Source: an uncultured delta proteobacterium (GTDB lineage: Bacteria; Desulfobacterota; Desulfobacteria; Desulfobacterales; JAFDCJ01). Taken from it: a DNA stretch of 64,000 bases. The position numbers and the translations under genes are program-made. This document shows, piece by piece, positions 63,672 to 64,000 of the stretch. The stretch is taken from the NCBI GenBank assembly GCA_963769935.1, contig CAVYNY010000036.1:1-64000 (forward strand). The letters run 5' to 3'. The notes beneath the pieces are model-generated. The model saw only the letters and a list, made by a program, of their open reading frames with translations. It did not search any database and was not told the DNA's origin. How positions within the stretch are numbered: the stretch's first letter is position 1; every line of letters begins with the position of its first letter.

Positions 63672-64000
63672 CTACCCCACTTTCACCACCAGCGCTGCCG
63701 CCGTATCCCCCGCGGCACAGCCGGCAAAGAGCAGGTAGCCGCCGCCGCCCATGACGACTTCTTCAATCCCTTCGATAATCAGACGACCTGCCGTGGGTCC
63801 CTGGGGGTGGCCGAAAATTAGTGAACAGCCGTAATTGTTCATGCGGTTGACGTCGAGCCCCAGTTTGTCGGCCAGAAATATATCATTGGCGGCAAAGGGA
63901 TTGTGCGTTTTAACAGCCTTGACGTCGCTCGCTTTAATGCCGGCATTGTCCAGTGCCATTTGAGCGGCAGGATATACAGCAGCAGCCATGAAGGCCGGCT
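63672..64000 (-). CDS. Thiolase-family protein, C-terminal part (start lies beyond the window)
   Basis: KTHNPFA, GCSLIFGHPQGPT, GCAAGD. Confidence 0.8.
   Translation of the reverse strand, partial: PAFMAAAVYPAAQMALDNAGIKASDVKAVKTHNPFAANDIFLADKLGLDVNRMNNYGCSLIFGHPQGPTAGRLIIEGIEEVVMGGGGYLLFAGCAAGDTAAALVVKVG

Overview
Chromosomal window from an anaerobic bacterium, most likely Desulfobacterota/Desulfobacterales (inferred from gene content and repeat style). 1-18.7 kb is mostly housekeeping (PBP1A, radC, gpsA, gyrA, thiolase, rarA, der, adenine/adenosine deaminase). 18.9-29.8 kb is a ten-gene MoxR/DUF58/SpoIIM/RDD envelope cluster extended by B-box zinc-finger and GYF_2 proteins. 30.4-34.8 kb is an aapJQMP amino-acid ABC transporter. 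35.6-43.6 kb is a relict anaerobic aromatic-catabolism region: bzdPQV-like genes without bzdNO, flanked by truncated genes. 44.1-48.4 kb holds the best candidate new system: a PhcB-like SAM methyltransferase, a sigma54 promoter, a degenerate HATPase-like protein and a ~6-TM hybrid sensor kinase, resembling a methyl-ester quorum-sensing module. 48.4-64 kb has yqeBC/mocA, a TRAP transporter, a three-subunit molybdenum hydroxylase and an atypical thiolase. Five genes carry six single-base insertions that look like sequencing errors. Many intergenic gaps are filled with degenerate 6-9 bp tandem arrays and REP/MITE-like elements. No rRNA, tRNA, CRISPR array or intact transposase was recognised. Family names come from motif recognition, not database searches.
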